Part shown: piece by piece, positions 15,340 through 27,185 of the stretch | Layout of the letters: every line of letters starts with the position of its first letter | Position numbering within the stretch: the first letter of the stretch is position 1 | Source of the DNA: the human T2T-CHM13v2.0 reference genome, Homo sapiens | Assembly (NCBI RefSeq): GCF_009914755.1 | Contig: NC_060937.1 | Length of the DNA: 64,000 nt | Direction: 5' to 3' (one strand) | Position numbers and translations under genes: made by a program | Notes under the pieces: model-generated | Seen by the model: only the letters and a program-made list of their open reading frames with translations | Database searches by the model: none | What the model was told of the DNA's origin: nothing

Positions 15340-16599
15340 TTAAATTTAATCTTCATTAACATTTTCACTGTCACTTTCTTAAGTGCAGAGACAATCAGCA
15401 ATAAGTGTAAACCTGCTTCGTAGCATTTGATCATTTCCCTGGTGTAAATACTCCAAAAGTGGCTGATTTCAAGCAATCAACATGACATACTGAAGGCAGA
15501 GTTGGGAAAATGTGCAGTAACACACCACTAAATAATATTTCCGCATACAGATACAATAGACATAAATAACCTTAAAAGCACAGATAATGATAAAACATAA
15601 TAAAATAATTAGAAAATGAAGAGTTTTGAGATTTGTACCCTTTGTTTTTAATATATTCTTATTGTAAGTTTATGTAGTAAGACTTTTAATAATAGCAGTG
15701 TTTAATTTTTCTGCTAATTATATTCCTGAAATTTTAGCAACCAGTTACCATCAGTTGGCGCTAGCACACCACCGACTGCAGGCTTTACTGATGAGGAAAC
15801 TGAGGCTCGGAGAGGCTGTCACGAACTTGCTGTAGTCACACAGGAAGTACTACCTAGGTTGCTCTAATTCCAAACCTTCTCCCTTCCATATGCCTCTCTT
15901 TAAAACATAACTGATCTACCTATATGTCAGCACCCAAACATCTTAGTGTGAATGGATTTATAGTTTGTTGAATAAAGTCATTGCTTTCCGGTAGGTGGGA
16001 TGGGAAATCTGACTAGGCGAAAGAATAGGATGAAGGGAAAAAGAACATCTACTTAACAGTTCAGGATACGGCAGGATATTTTCTCTCCTGGGATTTGGGC
16101 AAGCCAAGATTTAACAACCAGCAATTGCCCAGCAACTGATAGAACTGGTAGAACATTCATTGTTTTTTTAAACGTTTGCCATTCAGTATTCCTTTTCACA
16201 CATTTTCACTGTGTTAAACGAAAACGTTAAGACTTATCTCAGCAGCCACAGCAAAGAGCAAGTACTAACAATCAAGTGAGTTTCCAGGAGAAAAAAAAAA
16301 AAGTTATCCCTCAATGCAAATACAACTCGGCCAAAGGTGTGGCCCATCCCTCTCCGCTCCACTATTTTCAAATAAGCCACCTCTGCCTTCATGGACTGCG
16401 AGCTAGTGACTCTAGGCTGTGACACCACTGCATCCCAGCTTCAAATCTCCCCTTGCAGGCAGTTTGTGGGGGAAATAATAAAATTAGCATCCTAACACTA
16501 CAAGTCGTGAGACCGCTCAGGAACAATCCTAATTTGCATACTGGAACTCCTGTAGAAGATACTTTGAACCGCTTTAGATACAATAGGATCAGGTAAAAC

Positions 16600-17620
16600 G
16601 GCGCTGCCTTGCCAGCCACTGCAGGTTTTCACCTGACACAGCCCCCAGACCCTGTCTACGAATCCCCCAGCTGGCCGAAGGGGCCGCGGCCGCACATGCG
16701 CAGTCAGTCCCGTTGGTTGTGCGCTCAGCCCCGCCCCCAGAGGCGCCGCGCTCCCTGACAGCCCGCGGGCGTACACACGCTGACGCGCAGGCTGCGGTCG
16801 CGCAGGCGCAGTCGGGGCGCCTTCCCGGTATAGGCGCCTTTTACCCCAGCGTGTCCTGAGTCTTTGGTTCGCGAAGTGCCGTTAGGCCAAGCAGGTGCTA
16901 AAAGCCCGGGGTCGTGGACCCCGGCCAGGTCTTAGCAGCATGGAGGCGCAGGGTGTAGCGGAGGGCGCGGGGCCGGGCGCCGCCAGCGGCGTGCCCCACC
17001 CCGCGGCCCTAGCCCCGGCTGCGGCTCCCACCTTGGCGCCAGCCTCGGTGGCGGCCGCGGCCTCTCAATTCACCCTGCTAGTGATGCAACCCTGTGCTGG
17101 GCAGGACGAGGCTGCGGCCCCCGGGGGCAGCGTTGGGGCGGGCAAGCCCGTTAGGTACCTGTGCGAAGGGGCCGGGGATGGCGAAGAGGAGGCTGGGGAG
17201 GACGAGGCGGACCTGTTAGACACTTCGGACCCTCCGGGGGGAGGCGAGAGCGCGGCTAGTTTGGAGGATCTAGAGGACGAGGAGACTCACTCGGGGGGCG
17301 AGGGCAGCAGCGGGGGCGCCCGGAGGCGGGGCAGCGGTGGGGGCAGCATGAGCAAGACCTGCACCTACGAAGGCTGCAGCGAGACCACGAGCCAGGTGGC
17401 CAAGCAGCGCAAACCGTGGATGTGCAAGAAACACCGCAACAAGATGTACAAGGACAAGTATAAAAAGAAGAAGAGCGACCAGGCCCTGAACTGCGGTGGG
17501 ACTGCCTCGACTGGCAGCGCGGGAAACGTCAAACTCGAGGTATCAGACTTAGCTGAGGCCTGGGGATGGGAGGTGGAAGAAGAAACCCGATCTTAACGCA
17601 AACCGCATCTGCAGGGCCTG
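16600..17620 (+). promoter_or_regulatory. RFXAP: CpG island / TATA-less RFXAP promoter
   Basis: Dense CpG. GC box CCCCGCCCCC at 16729-16738, NRF1-like GCACATGCGCA at 16692-16702 and GCGCAGGCGCA at 16800-16810, half-CRE TGACG at 16781. Confidence 0.88.
16940..17539 (+). CDS. RFXAP: RFXAP coding exon 1 (aa 1-200): Ala-rich N-terminus, acidic region, basic NLS-like region
   Basis: ATG at 16940 in strong Kozak context (agcATGg). Translates MEAQGVAEGAGPG...KKHRNKMYKDKYKKKKSDQ...NVKLE. Donor GAG|gtatca at 17540; 600 nt, phase 0. Confidence 0.97.
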
Positions 17621-17908
17621 CCTCCCCACTTCCAAATGGGCCGGTTTGCAGTGACTGGGTTAGTGGTTGAGAATTAGAGTGTTTGCCCTAAATTAAAGTT
17701 TATACCAACATGTGCAAAGCAATAACAGTTCTGTTGAACTCATGATAGGTGCAGAAATTTCAGTAAAAATAATGTGACATCGGCAGAGCTGTCATAGATC
17801 TGGGATATGGCTGGAAGGACATAGAGTAAATGATCGGTCTGGTTCATCGCTAAAGGAGACTTAGGAACCTAGATGAAGTTGGTACTTCTGAGAAAGTCAT
17901 CTCTTTCT

Positions 17909-18235
17909 GTTTTCACTACTCTATTCTCAGTATCCAGTTCTCAGTACCCAGTTCTCAGTACCTCTATTTGTAATACTCCTGTATTTAGTACTTTGTTTTT
18001 AGTGTCCTGTTCTGTTAACCCTCTTCCTAGTACCGTATTTTTAGTACTGCTATACTCAGTTGCCTGTCTGTAGTACCCCTGTACGTAGTACTCTTTTCTT
18101 ACAACTCTGTTCCCAGTACCCCTATGTTTAGTCCCTTGTTCTCATGTTCTCACTACCCCAATACTTAATATACTTTGTTCTCAGTATCCTTGTTGTTAGT
18201 ACCCTGTTCTCACTACCCCTTTTCTTAGTACCCCT
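17909..18235 (+). repeat. Diverged tandem array of ~23 units of 14-15 bp, consensus ~GTTCTCAGTACCC(C)T
   Basis: Units visible directly, e.g. gttctcagtaccca, gttctcagtacctct, gttcccagtacccct, gttctcactacccct, tttcttagtacccct. Confidence 0.85.
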
Positions 18236-18644
18236 GAGGGGGGAAAAAAAGGATGATAATGGGGTATAAGTCTCAAAAAACTTTTGGATTGTTTGATTTG
18301 AACTGAGTCAAAGGTAAAACCAGTGTTCTGGAGTTCGACTTCTGGGTGCAAATCCCTGTTGCATCATTTACTGGCCTTGTGGCTTGAATAGGTTATTAAA
18401 CTCTGTAAAATGGGCATTAAAATCGTGTGTCATTCATAGTGTTGCTGTGAATATGTGAGCCATTCCATATTGAGGGTTCACACAGTGTCCAGCAACTGGC
18501 TAAAGTTTGCAAACCTTACCCATTATTATTGTCATTGTTAGTGGTATACTTTGAGGCTGTCACAAATAAGCAGATATTTCTTCTTGTGAGAGCTATATAA
18601 TCCCTTAGTGTAGAGAAAAATTTAATTTTGTTACAAGTGATCCA

Positions 18645-18820
18645 AGCCAGGTATGGTGGCAAGTGCCTGTATACCCAGCTGTACTTGGGAGGGTGAAGTG
18701 GGAAGATTGCTTGAGACCAGGGGTTCGAGGCTGCCGTGAGCCTTGTTTGCATCACTGCATTCCAGCCTGGATGACATAGCAAGACCCTGTCTCCTTAAAA
18801 AAAAAAAAAAAAAAAAAAAA
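18645..18820 (+). mobile_element. Alu right monomer (FRAM-like)
   Basis: Single monomer with long A-tail. Confidence 0.85.
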
Positions 18821-18957
18821 ATTTTTTTTAACTGCAAGCTGTCTTAGGGTCCTAGGATGTATTCTAAGTCTTTAAATTTCTTAGTTTCAGGCTGAACTTG
18901 AAGTGCTCCATCACTAAAATATTAGACCTTGTAATTGTTTACAAATGTAATGTTCTA

Positions 18958-19250
18958 GGCCAGGCTCAGTGGCTAATACCTGTAAGCCCAGAACTTGGGG
19001 AGGCCTAGGAGGGAGGATCGCTTGAGCCCGGAAGTTTGAGACCAGCCTGGGTAACATAGGGAGACCCCATCTCAACAAAAAAATTTTAAAAATTAGCCAG
19101 GTATGTTGGCACATGCCTGTGGTCCTAGCTACTCGGGAGGCTGAGGTGGAAGGATCATTGAGCCCAGGAGATTGAGGCTGCAGTGAGCCATGGTTGTGCT
19201 ACTTCACTCCAGCCTGGGTGACAGAGCAAGACTTTGTCTCAAAAACAAAA
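18958..19250 (+). mobile_element. Alu (AluJ)
   Basis: Full dimer. Confidence 0.93.
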
Positions 19251-19661
19251 AGTATAATATTCTAAATATTTCTAAAATTTGCAGTTGCCAGTGTGTCATA
19301 CTTAATTCACACTGGTTAGGACTGAGTGACTTCTCTTTCCCTTAAGTTTTACTCTTTTGGAGTAAGAGGACTTCTTTGAGGGTCTGGTGACTTAATGAAG
19401 ACTCTTCCTAGAAAAATCCACTATGTAACTTTAATTTTGCATACTAATTAATGGGCTCAGGACTTCTGTAATCTTAGTTTAAAAACCCCCTCAATCCATA
19501 TTCTTATAGTATGTTTTACCAAATCTCTGATTACAGGGATTTAGGGAAATAAGCATCTGGAAAAGAATGAAAGTTAGTAAAGGTGATCAAGTTTCTTCCT
19601 CAGTATGTTCCACAGGTGCCCATTCACTTCAGAATTCTTTAGAGAGGGAGAAAAATAATGC

Positions 19662-19958
<297 letters not shown>

Positions 19959-21379
19959 TAATAATACTTATTTTCAAGAAAGAAGTAGTTAACCTATGGC
20001 TGCTTACTTTTTTTTTTTTAAACTACCTAACATTTACATCTACAGTGAGGAAAATGTATAAAAGGCAGATAGATACTGAATTAGAGTCTCCCTCTGCACC
20101 TCCCACAAAAAGAACCTTATTACTATTTTGTTATTTATTTACTTATCTAATTTTTTAGAGATGGGTCTCACAGTGTTGCCCAGGCTGGCCTCGAATTCCT
20201 GGGCTCAAGTGATCCTCCTGCCTCAGCCTTCAGAGTAACTGGGATTATTTCACCACTGCACCTAGCTTCACTATTTTAAAATAATTTGCATGACTTTTTA
20301 TGGAAGGGAATTAATTGCTATAAGCAACAAATAATACTAATAGTTTACTATCCAGTTTGTCTTATATTTTGGGATACTTTATCAGTTCTGAGGAGGTAAC
20401 AAGATCTGTAAATCTTTATCTTTGTTAAACTGAGTGTAAAGAAAATAACAGTGCCAGCCAGGATATAATAAGAGCCAACTGTATAGTCCGGTTTTAGTAG
20501 TTCAGAGGAGGATAGATCATTGTAGGCTGAGATACTCCAGAAAGGCTTTGCAGAGGAAACGTGACTCAGTATAAACCAGAAAGGATGGGCAATAGTTTAC
20601 GCTTAATGAGCTGAGTTTCTTATGTGTCAAGCACTGTGTTAAGCTATAAATGGAGTCTCACAACCCTTCAGCAATGGGATAGATACTATATTTTACATAC
20701 ATGGAAACTGAGGCACAGAGAGGCTAAAGAATTTGGCCTAGGTCATACAGCCAGCAAGTATTGTACTCAAACGCAAGCAGTCTTATTCTAGAGCTTTCAC
20801 TTTTACCTCCTTACTATACTGCTTCCCTAGAATTCTGGTAGATAAAAGGAAAGAGAAGCACATTTTAGTAAAGAAAGAGAAGTAGGAATACAGAAAACAC
20901 TTTTGTGAAGATAGCAAGTGGACTATTCTAGCTAAAATAGTTGAGTGGAAAATTCATGAGAGAGAAATTTGGAAAGATAGGTTGAAGCCAGTTTTTTATA
21001 GTATTGAATGCCAGGCTATGGGATTTGGATTTGGAGTCTTTAAATGAAATGATCTAATTAGGAAGTAGCAGAGGATCCTACCCTGATGGAGTGGGTTAAA
21101 GTTGAGAGCCTATAGATTTTGAGACTCTTTCGAAGATTATTATAGTAGGACTGACAGGTGATGATGGTGTCTTCTGCTATGTTGTGAGCAGCAAGATTAG
21201 AAATTAAGTTCTCTATTCCAATGAAGAATTTATTAAGGTAAAAAAATTAAAGAAATTAAGGTATCTAAAATTAATATTTCTTACACAAGTCAAGGTTAAA
21301 TGAGGAACAAATGTGTATAATGTCTACTCCACCAATCTAAGAACTATGCTATATGAGAGACACATAAAGGGACTAGGGA

Positions 21380-21705
21380 TAAATGAATTGACCTCTGCTG
21401 GTGGGATTGTTCTTATTAAATATCTAAAAAGCTATCATTTAAGAGAAGCAGTAGACTTATATGGCATGATTCTGAGGTAACTAGGACTCTTAGGCATAAA
21501 TCACAAGGAGTATGTATTTCAGCTCAGCTTAAGTAAAGCTACCTAACATTCTACCGAAATGTTAGAGCTATTCAAAACCAAATGAAATGTGGCAAAAGTT
21601 GGTAAACTCTGTAGGACAAAAAGCATTGCAGGTTTTTGAAAAAGAATTCCAACATCTGTACAAGTTTGGACTAGATGACTAAAGGTTATTTTCACTACAA
21701 GCTTC
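21380..21705 (+). mobile_element. L3/CR1 LINE 3' fragment
   Basis: aaatatctaaaaagctatcat...agagaagcagtagactta...ggactagatgac resembles the CR1 3' end. Confidence 0.45.
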
Positions 21706-23006
21706 TTTATCTAATTCAGTATCTAATATTTTGTGAATTAACCTTTTGAATTTCCATAGTGGGGTTGTGAGGGCAGAGGGTACTGTACCATCAAGTCAAT
21801 TTCAGCATTCCATTATCTTGCACATAAAAATGAAAGAATCTCATAAATAAAATCAACTTGGGGGTTGCTGGAGGAGGAAGAAATTATTTTTGTTTCCTCT
21901 GGGTATTAGAATTTTCTTTTTACAGTTTTTATATGTTGAGGCCTAAAATGTTTAGGGGTGAAATATTTTTGTAATATCAGGTTGGTAAACTTCTCATAAT
22001 GAAAGAAATTAAGGGGATATTCTCATAGATAACTCAGAGGCCAGTAGAAAGAAGCCCAAGAGAAAAAACAGCATAGATAATATTCTAAGTAAAGAACAAA
22101 GAGGTTAAATTCATGTAAGGTATGGCTTTCCGGTAAAACATTTATAATTTTATATTTGCTACTTTAGTAAGAATTTTGGATGTGGTATTGTGGCATAGTT
22201 TTGTAAGAGTCAGAATATTTCAGTCAACTAAACAATATTTTGTTATGCCAGCAAAATTACAAGTATTTAAGATGCTGTCAGGTAACTGGGGGTACATATT
22301 TGGTAATAAGTGCTGCTGATTTTGTTTTTGGGCAGTGAAATCTCAGGGTAATGGTATCATTTTAGGACTTACCTGTTTTGTTCATACAGTTGGCAGGAGA
22401 CTATTTATACTAGTGCTTTTTCAAGCAAGTTTATCTAAATTTTGAAAGCTTTGGTTATCAGTTGCTTCTTTAAACAATATTTTACTACTCCCCCATTTGT
22501 TTTGGTTGCCAACTGGGTAAAAAGCTATCAGATATCTTATTGAGCAGTATATAATTTGCCTCTGAGTTCATATATTTCATCCAAAGGCAAGCAGATTATG
22601 TTTCGGCCTGGATAGCATTATATAAAGAGAATGGTCAATTCCACTTGGCATTTTTTGTAATATTGAAAATAGCTCACAAGTAACTCTGCCTCAATCTTAG
22701 TGGCCCACCTCTCACAGTATTACTATATCACACTCTATCACACACACTATTAATTTTGAGACCTGCCAAGAGACTAAAGAACCCAGGTTGAAAATCTGGG
22801 GGGAGAGGGAGCGAGGAGGAATGTTACATTAAATTAACTGCCAATACTTTGCCTATGATAATGAAGAACTTTCCCAGAGTTGCCCAGAGACTGGGCAAGA
22901 AGAAGGAAGAAATGCAAAGACCTGTTCATTACATCTTTGAAATACCTGTAATCATGACTTATTACGTTAACTGTTTATCTATTTGCATTTTTATCATTTA
23001 TCCCAG

Positions 23007-23114
23007 GAAAGTGCAGATAACATACTCTCCATTGTTAAACAAAGAACAGGATCTTTTGGGGATCGTCCTGCAAGACCTACTCTTTTAGAACAAGTGTTAA
23101 ATCAAAAAAGACTG
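23007..23114 (+). CDS. RFXAP: RFXAP coding exon 2 (36 aa)
   Basis: Acceptor tcccag|GAA. Translates ESADNILSIVKQRTGSFGDRPARPTLLEQVLNQKRL. Donor CTG|gtaaat; 108 nt, in frame with exon 1. Confidence 0.96.
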
Positions 23115-23471
23115 GTAAATATCTGTTTGTAAATCAGTTATAAATGTGTTAACAAACGTTTGTTATAAATGGAACAATTGAGATTTTTGAGATTTTTAGC
23201 TCATGACATCACACTATACATCAAAATAAATTCCTAATAAGTCAAAATTTTAAAAAAAGAATCGGAACTTTACCTCAAAAATGTAATGAGATTTTTTTTA
23301 GCTTATATAGACAAAATCACAGAGAAAAGATTATAAACTTGACTACATAAAAATGAATGCTATAGTCAAAAATGGTGGCAAATTGCACAATGACCTAGAG
23401 CAAAAATATGTACAACAAATATAAAAGACTATGGTTAACGTGTCTGGTATTTTATCACATAAAATATTCCT

Positions 23472-23742
23472 GGTTGGGCATTGTGGTTCATGCCTGTAAT
23501 CCTAGCACTTTGGGAGGCCAGGTGGGAGGATCACTTGAGGCTGGGAATTTGAGACCATTCTGGGCAACGTAGCGAGACCCCATCTACAAAAAAATTTAAA
23601 AATTAGCCGAGTGTGATGGTATGTAGCTGTAGTCCTGGCTACTCAAGAGGCTGAAACAGGAGGATTGCTTGAGTCCAGGAATTCGAGGCTGCAATGAGCT
23701 ATGATCATACCACTGTACTCCAGCCTAGGCAACAGAGCACCC
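23472..23742 (+). mobile_element. Alu (AluJ) within old L1M sequence
   Basis: Dimer lacking a normal tail; flanks are L1M-like. Confidence 0.88.
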
Positions 23743-25221
23743 TATAAATCATTAAACATGATCAGTTTCCTTACATATATATAAAATATGTTTGCCTCTT
23801 TGACAGCTTCAGTCTTAACTGCAAAGAAAGTTTATTACAAAAATTCCTGTAATTTGATGAGGAAAACCTTTGGCTTCAATACATTGCAAAAGATAGAAAC
23901 AGAAAAAAAAGGCAGAATACCATTAAATGATATGGAAAGGTATTCAATATCAGTAAAAATAAACAAAAAGTGAAAATTATTTAAACGATTACGCACAATG
24001 ATGCAGTGATGTGGAGACTTTCATGAAATGGACATTCTCAAGTAGTTAATGGCATTATATATAGGTATGGCACTTTCAGAAAGCAGTTGGGCAATATGTA
24101 CCAGGAGTCATCCCTTTCAACTCAGACATCACATTTAATATGAAGACATTTACAGAATGTAAATCCTAAATATGGATAGAGTTAAACATAAAGGTATTGC
24201 CAGGAATATATTTCTCATAAATAGTAAAAAAGGTAGTTGAAACAGCCTAAATGTCCAACAGTGTCATAACAGCTAAGATGATTTTTAAATAAAACTGTTT
24301 AATAAATAGAAAATGTACTAAGATATAATACATATAATCTGAAAGTCAGTATTTAATGATAGTATGTTCACTTTATTCAGTTTATCTTTTTGCAGCTTAT
24401 TGGGGCCAAAGATTTTTTTCTCTATAAATTTATGTAAGTATTTTATTATAAAAACCTATTACAGGAGACTGTGGCAGGATGATTGCTTGAGCCGAGGAGT
24501 TCAAGACTGCAGTGAGCTATGCTCACGCCACTGCACTCCAGCGTGGGGAACAGAGTGAGACCCTGTCTCTAATAATAATATGTTAATCATAGTCTGTTAT
24601 ATTTGTTATATTATTACAACTATATTTTAAAGTGATGAGTGTACAAAAAGGTATTGGATGTTTTAGAGCAGTTATATTTTTTCCTGAAATTTTGGTATAT
24701 ACCGATATATATGTACATATATATATACACACACCTATACACACAATTTTTAATTTCTTTATGAAGACTTAGTTGCCTAATGAGAAACTTGACTTCTAGC
24801 ACTAGTTTGTATGTATGTACAAACTGGCATTTAGCTGCTATTTTCACATGTGGCCCCCTTTCATCTCCATTTTTTTTCTTGCTATAATCCTGGGTCAGTG
24901 CTACTTTTAGCTCTTTGTTCTTACATATTTCAAGAGAGTATATTTGCTGGCATATTAGAGAAGGTGTTTCCTTTTTACACAAAGTCACCAATAACAGACT
25001 TCACCCGTTATTTTTAGGTTTTAGTATTTTGATGTGTGACATCACATTATTTTTAGTTTGCAGCTTAGTTGCAGTGCATCCGATGTAAAAGTGCTTTTGA
25101 TTCAGGCATATTCTTGTGAACATATTGTATCATATGTAGGGACACATCAGAGTAATTAGCATGAAAACAGTCTAATGACATAGATTAATGCTATTAATAA
25201 TTTTTTTCTTTTCTTTCTAAG

Positions 25222-25332
25222 TCGTTACTAAGAAGTCCAGAAGTAGTGCAATTTTTACAGAAACAGCAACAGCTATTAAATCAGCAAGTTTTGGAGCAAA
25301 GACAACAGCAGTTTCCAGGAACATCAATGTGA
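25222..25332 (+). CDS. RFXAP: RFXAP coding exon 3 (Gln-rich C-terminus, stop TGA)
   Basis: Polypyrimidine tract then taag|TCG. Translates SLLRSPEVVQFLQKQQQLLNQQVLEQRQQQFPGTSM*. Total 200+36+36 = 272 aa, the known RFXAP length. Confidence 0.96.
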   Translation, partial: SLLRSPEVVQFLQKQQQLLNQQVLEQRQQQFPGTSM

Positions 25333-25676
25333 GGGAACTTACCAAGAACATCTACATGGTTTTTATCTTATTGTAATAGATGAGCATATTTTTTTACCAG
25401 ACATAAATGGGGTAATAATCTATGCCTGTAGAACATAAACATTTTCCTGTAAATGTATGTGTGCATTTGGGGATAAGTAAGTATTGCACTTTGTGCATCT
25501 AATCTTTCAGATTACTGTGAGTTTGAAGAAGTCAGCTTATCTTTCCAAATAACATTTAATTATAATGTTTTTTAAAAAATATATTCCTCTTCAGTCATTG
25601 TTACTGAAGGTAATGAAGCAGTTACTTTCTGTGGAAGTCATAAAGTTAATAGATATTAATCTTGACTCATCTAGCT

Positions 25677-25835
25677 CAGTGGTTCTCATCAAGGGTCAAT
25701 TTGATTGTCATAGTGACCTTGAAAACCACTGGCTTTTAGTGAGTGGCCAGGAATGCTAAATGTTCTGCAGTGTCAGGGGTAGTCCCACATACTAAAGATT
25801 GTCTCACCCGCAGTGCCAATAACACTCCTAAGAAA
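25677..25835. mobile_element. MER20-like DNA transposon remnant in RFXAP 3' UTR
   Basis: cagtggttctca start; actggc...tagtgagtggccaggaatgctaaa...ctgcagtg. Confidence 0.6.
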
Positions 25836-27154
25836 TGTTGATGGCTATTTTGTGGTGCTAACATGTAGTTGGGGCACCTACAATTGGGTTCTCTTAATAA
25901 CCTTTCTTTGCAGTTAAGACTGAAGCTGTCAAAGAGGTAAGCACATTTTATATAGACGTAAGGAAAGTGATTATTGTTTAATATCTGTGAATTTAGGATG
26001 TGCATCTCTTTTCAGAGGTGTGTTAGTAAAACCTGACGGATTAACTAAGCACACTGGGATGTGTCTCCTACAGTTGGCTTCTCTCTTTGATGTTACCTGT
26101 TAGTGCTGATCTCTTAAAGCAGACATTTCTTGTTTGTTGAATTTGTGAACAGTATAGATCTCAGCCCACCAATGCCAAGACAAAATTATTTTTCTTATAC
26201 TTATTTTTTATTAAACAAAATGAAAAAGATCCTTTTCAAAAAGGTGATCCTGAAAATAAAACTAACACTCCAGTATTTTGTCATTGTTTTTCGCAATTGA
26301 GCTATCTGAAAACTGTTATTCCTAAGTAATGTTCAAAAATGATAAGTAATCTGGATACCTTTTTCTTATACTTTCTCCTAGGAAAACTTTAAAACTTTAA
26401 AAAGGCAAACCTACCAATAGGAATAACAAATTAAATGTCAAGAGAGTATATCCAATATTAGGATATAAATGTATGTGTCTCAAGTTTAACTCTACAAAAA
26501 TTTGTTACTTGTTTTTTAAACTCTATATATAAAGTTCGACTTAATCATGGCTGTTCTAAGAAGTACTTATGGAGAGCAAGAACGTTTTTGTTCATTTCTT
26601 AATGTGTGTGTTTTTACTTGCATATCTGTTCAAAACACTTTTAACAAAATTAATTCATTAAAGTCCAGTTGTTGACCTTTGAGTTAGCTGATTTCTTTAT
26701 TCTGTTCTTTAGTTTATTCTTACTAGATGCAGAGGAATTCATCTACTGTCTGTTATTAACTGTTAGTTTATTCTCATACTTACGATGTTGAGAGTTTTTT
26801 TGAAGCTTAAGTTACCCTTTATGGTGGAAAACATTAGCTTATGCTTCTTTAGATGGAATAATGGGAAAGGAGGGAAATGGGAAATGGATGGAAATGGGAA
26901 AGGAGGGAAAATAATAGCCCAGTGAGAGCTGAATGAAAAGGGACTGAATTTAAATATTTGTAAGAACTTTGTGATGATGAGTAATTGTCAGACGTGGGAT
27001 AGATAACTGAGAGGCTCAGAATCTTTACCAAGGATATTTTTTAGGATAAGGTAGCTGCCTGTTCATGAATTTGGATAAGAATAGTAGGACAATATTCAAC
27101 ACAATTTAATTTTTGTCTGCCACATTAGACATTTTTTTACCTTATAAAATGATC

Positions 27155-27160
27155 AATAAA
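27155..27160 (+). terminator. RFXAP: Likely distal RFXAP polyadenylation signal
   Basis: AATAAA followed by GT/T-rich downstream sequence (ggtttattttgggtagatgtattg). Confidence 0.65.
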
Positions 27161-27185
27161 GCAATAAGGTTTATTTTGGGTAGAT

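Larger units (their letters stand above)
25333..27180 (+). other. RFXAP: RFXAP 3' UTR
   Basis: Follows the stop codon and is AU-rich. Candidate poly(A) signals: ATTAAA 26210, AATAAA 26255 and AATAAA 27155. Confidence 0.75.

Noticed and set aside
16498-16776. 92-aa antisense ORF in the promoter
   Set aside because: GC-rich, stop-poor sequence with a non-ATG start and no recognisable homology.
16742-16838. Three GGCGCC motifs as possible BMP-SMAD elements in the RFXAP promoter
   Set aside because: Expected by chance in a CpG island, and none has the GTCT/AGAC partner at 5-bp spacing.
16895-16939. In-frame GTG-initiated 15-aa N-terminal extension of RFXAP
   Set aside because: Poor context (C at -3 and +4) and an in-frame TAG at 16883; the ATG at 16940 has a strong Kozak context and gives the known 272 aa.
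17909-18235. CRISPR-like interpretation of the periodic array
   Set aside because: Contiguous degenerate units without unique spacers, in eukaryotic DNA with no cas genes.
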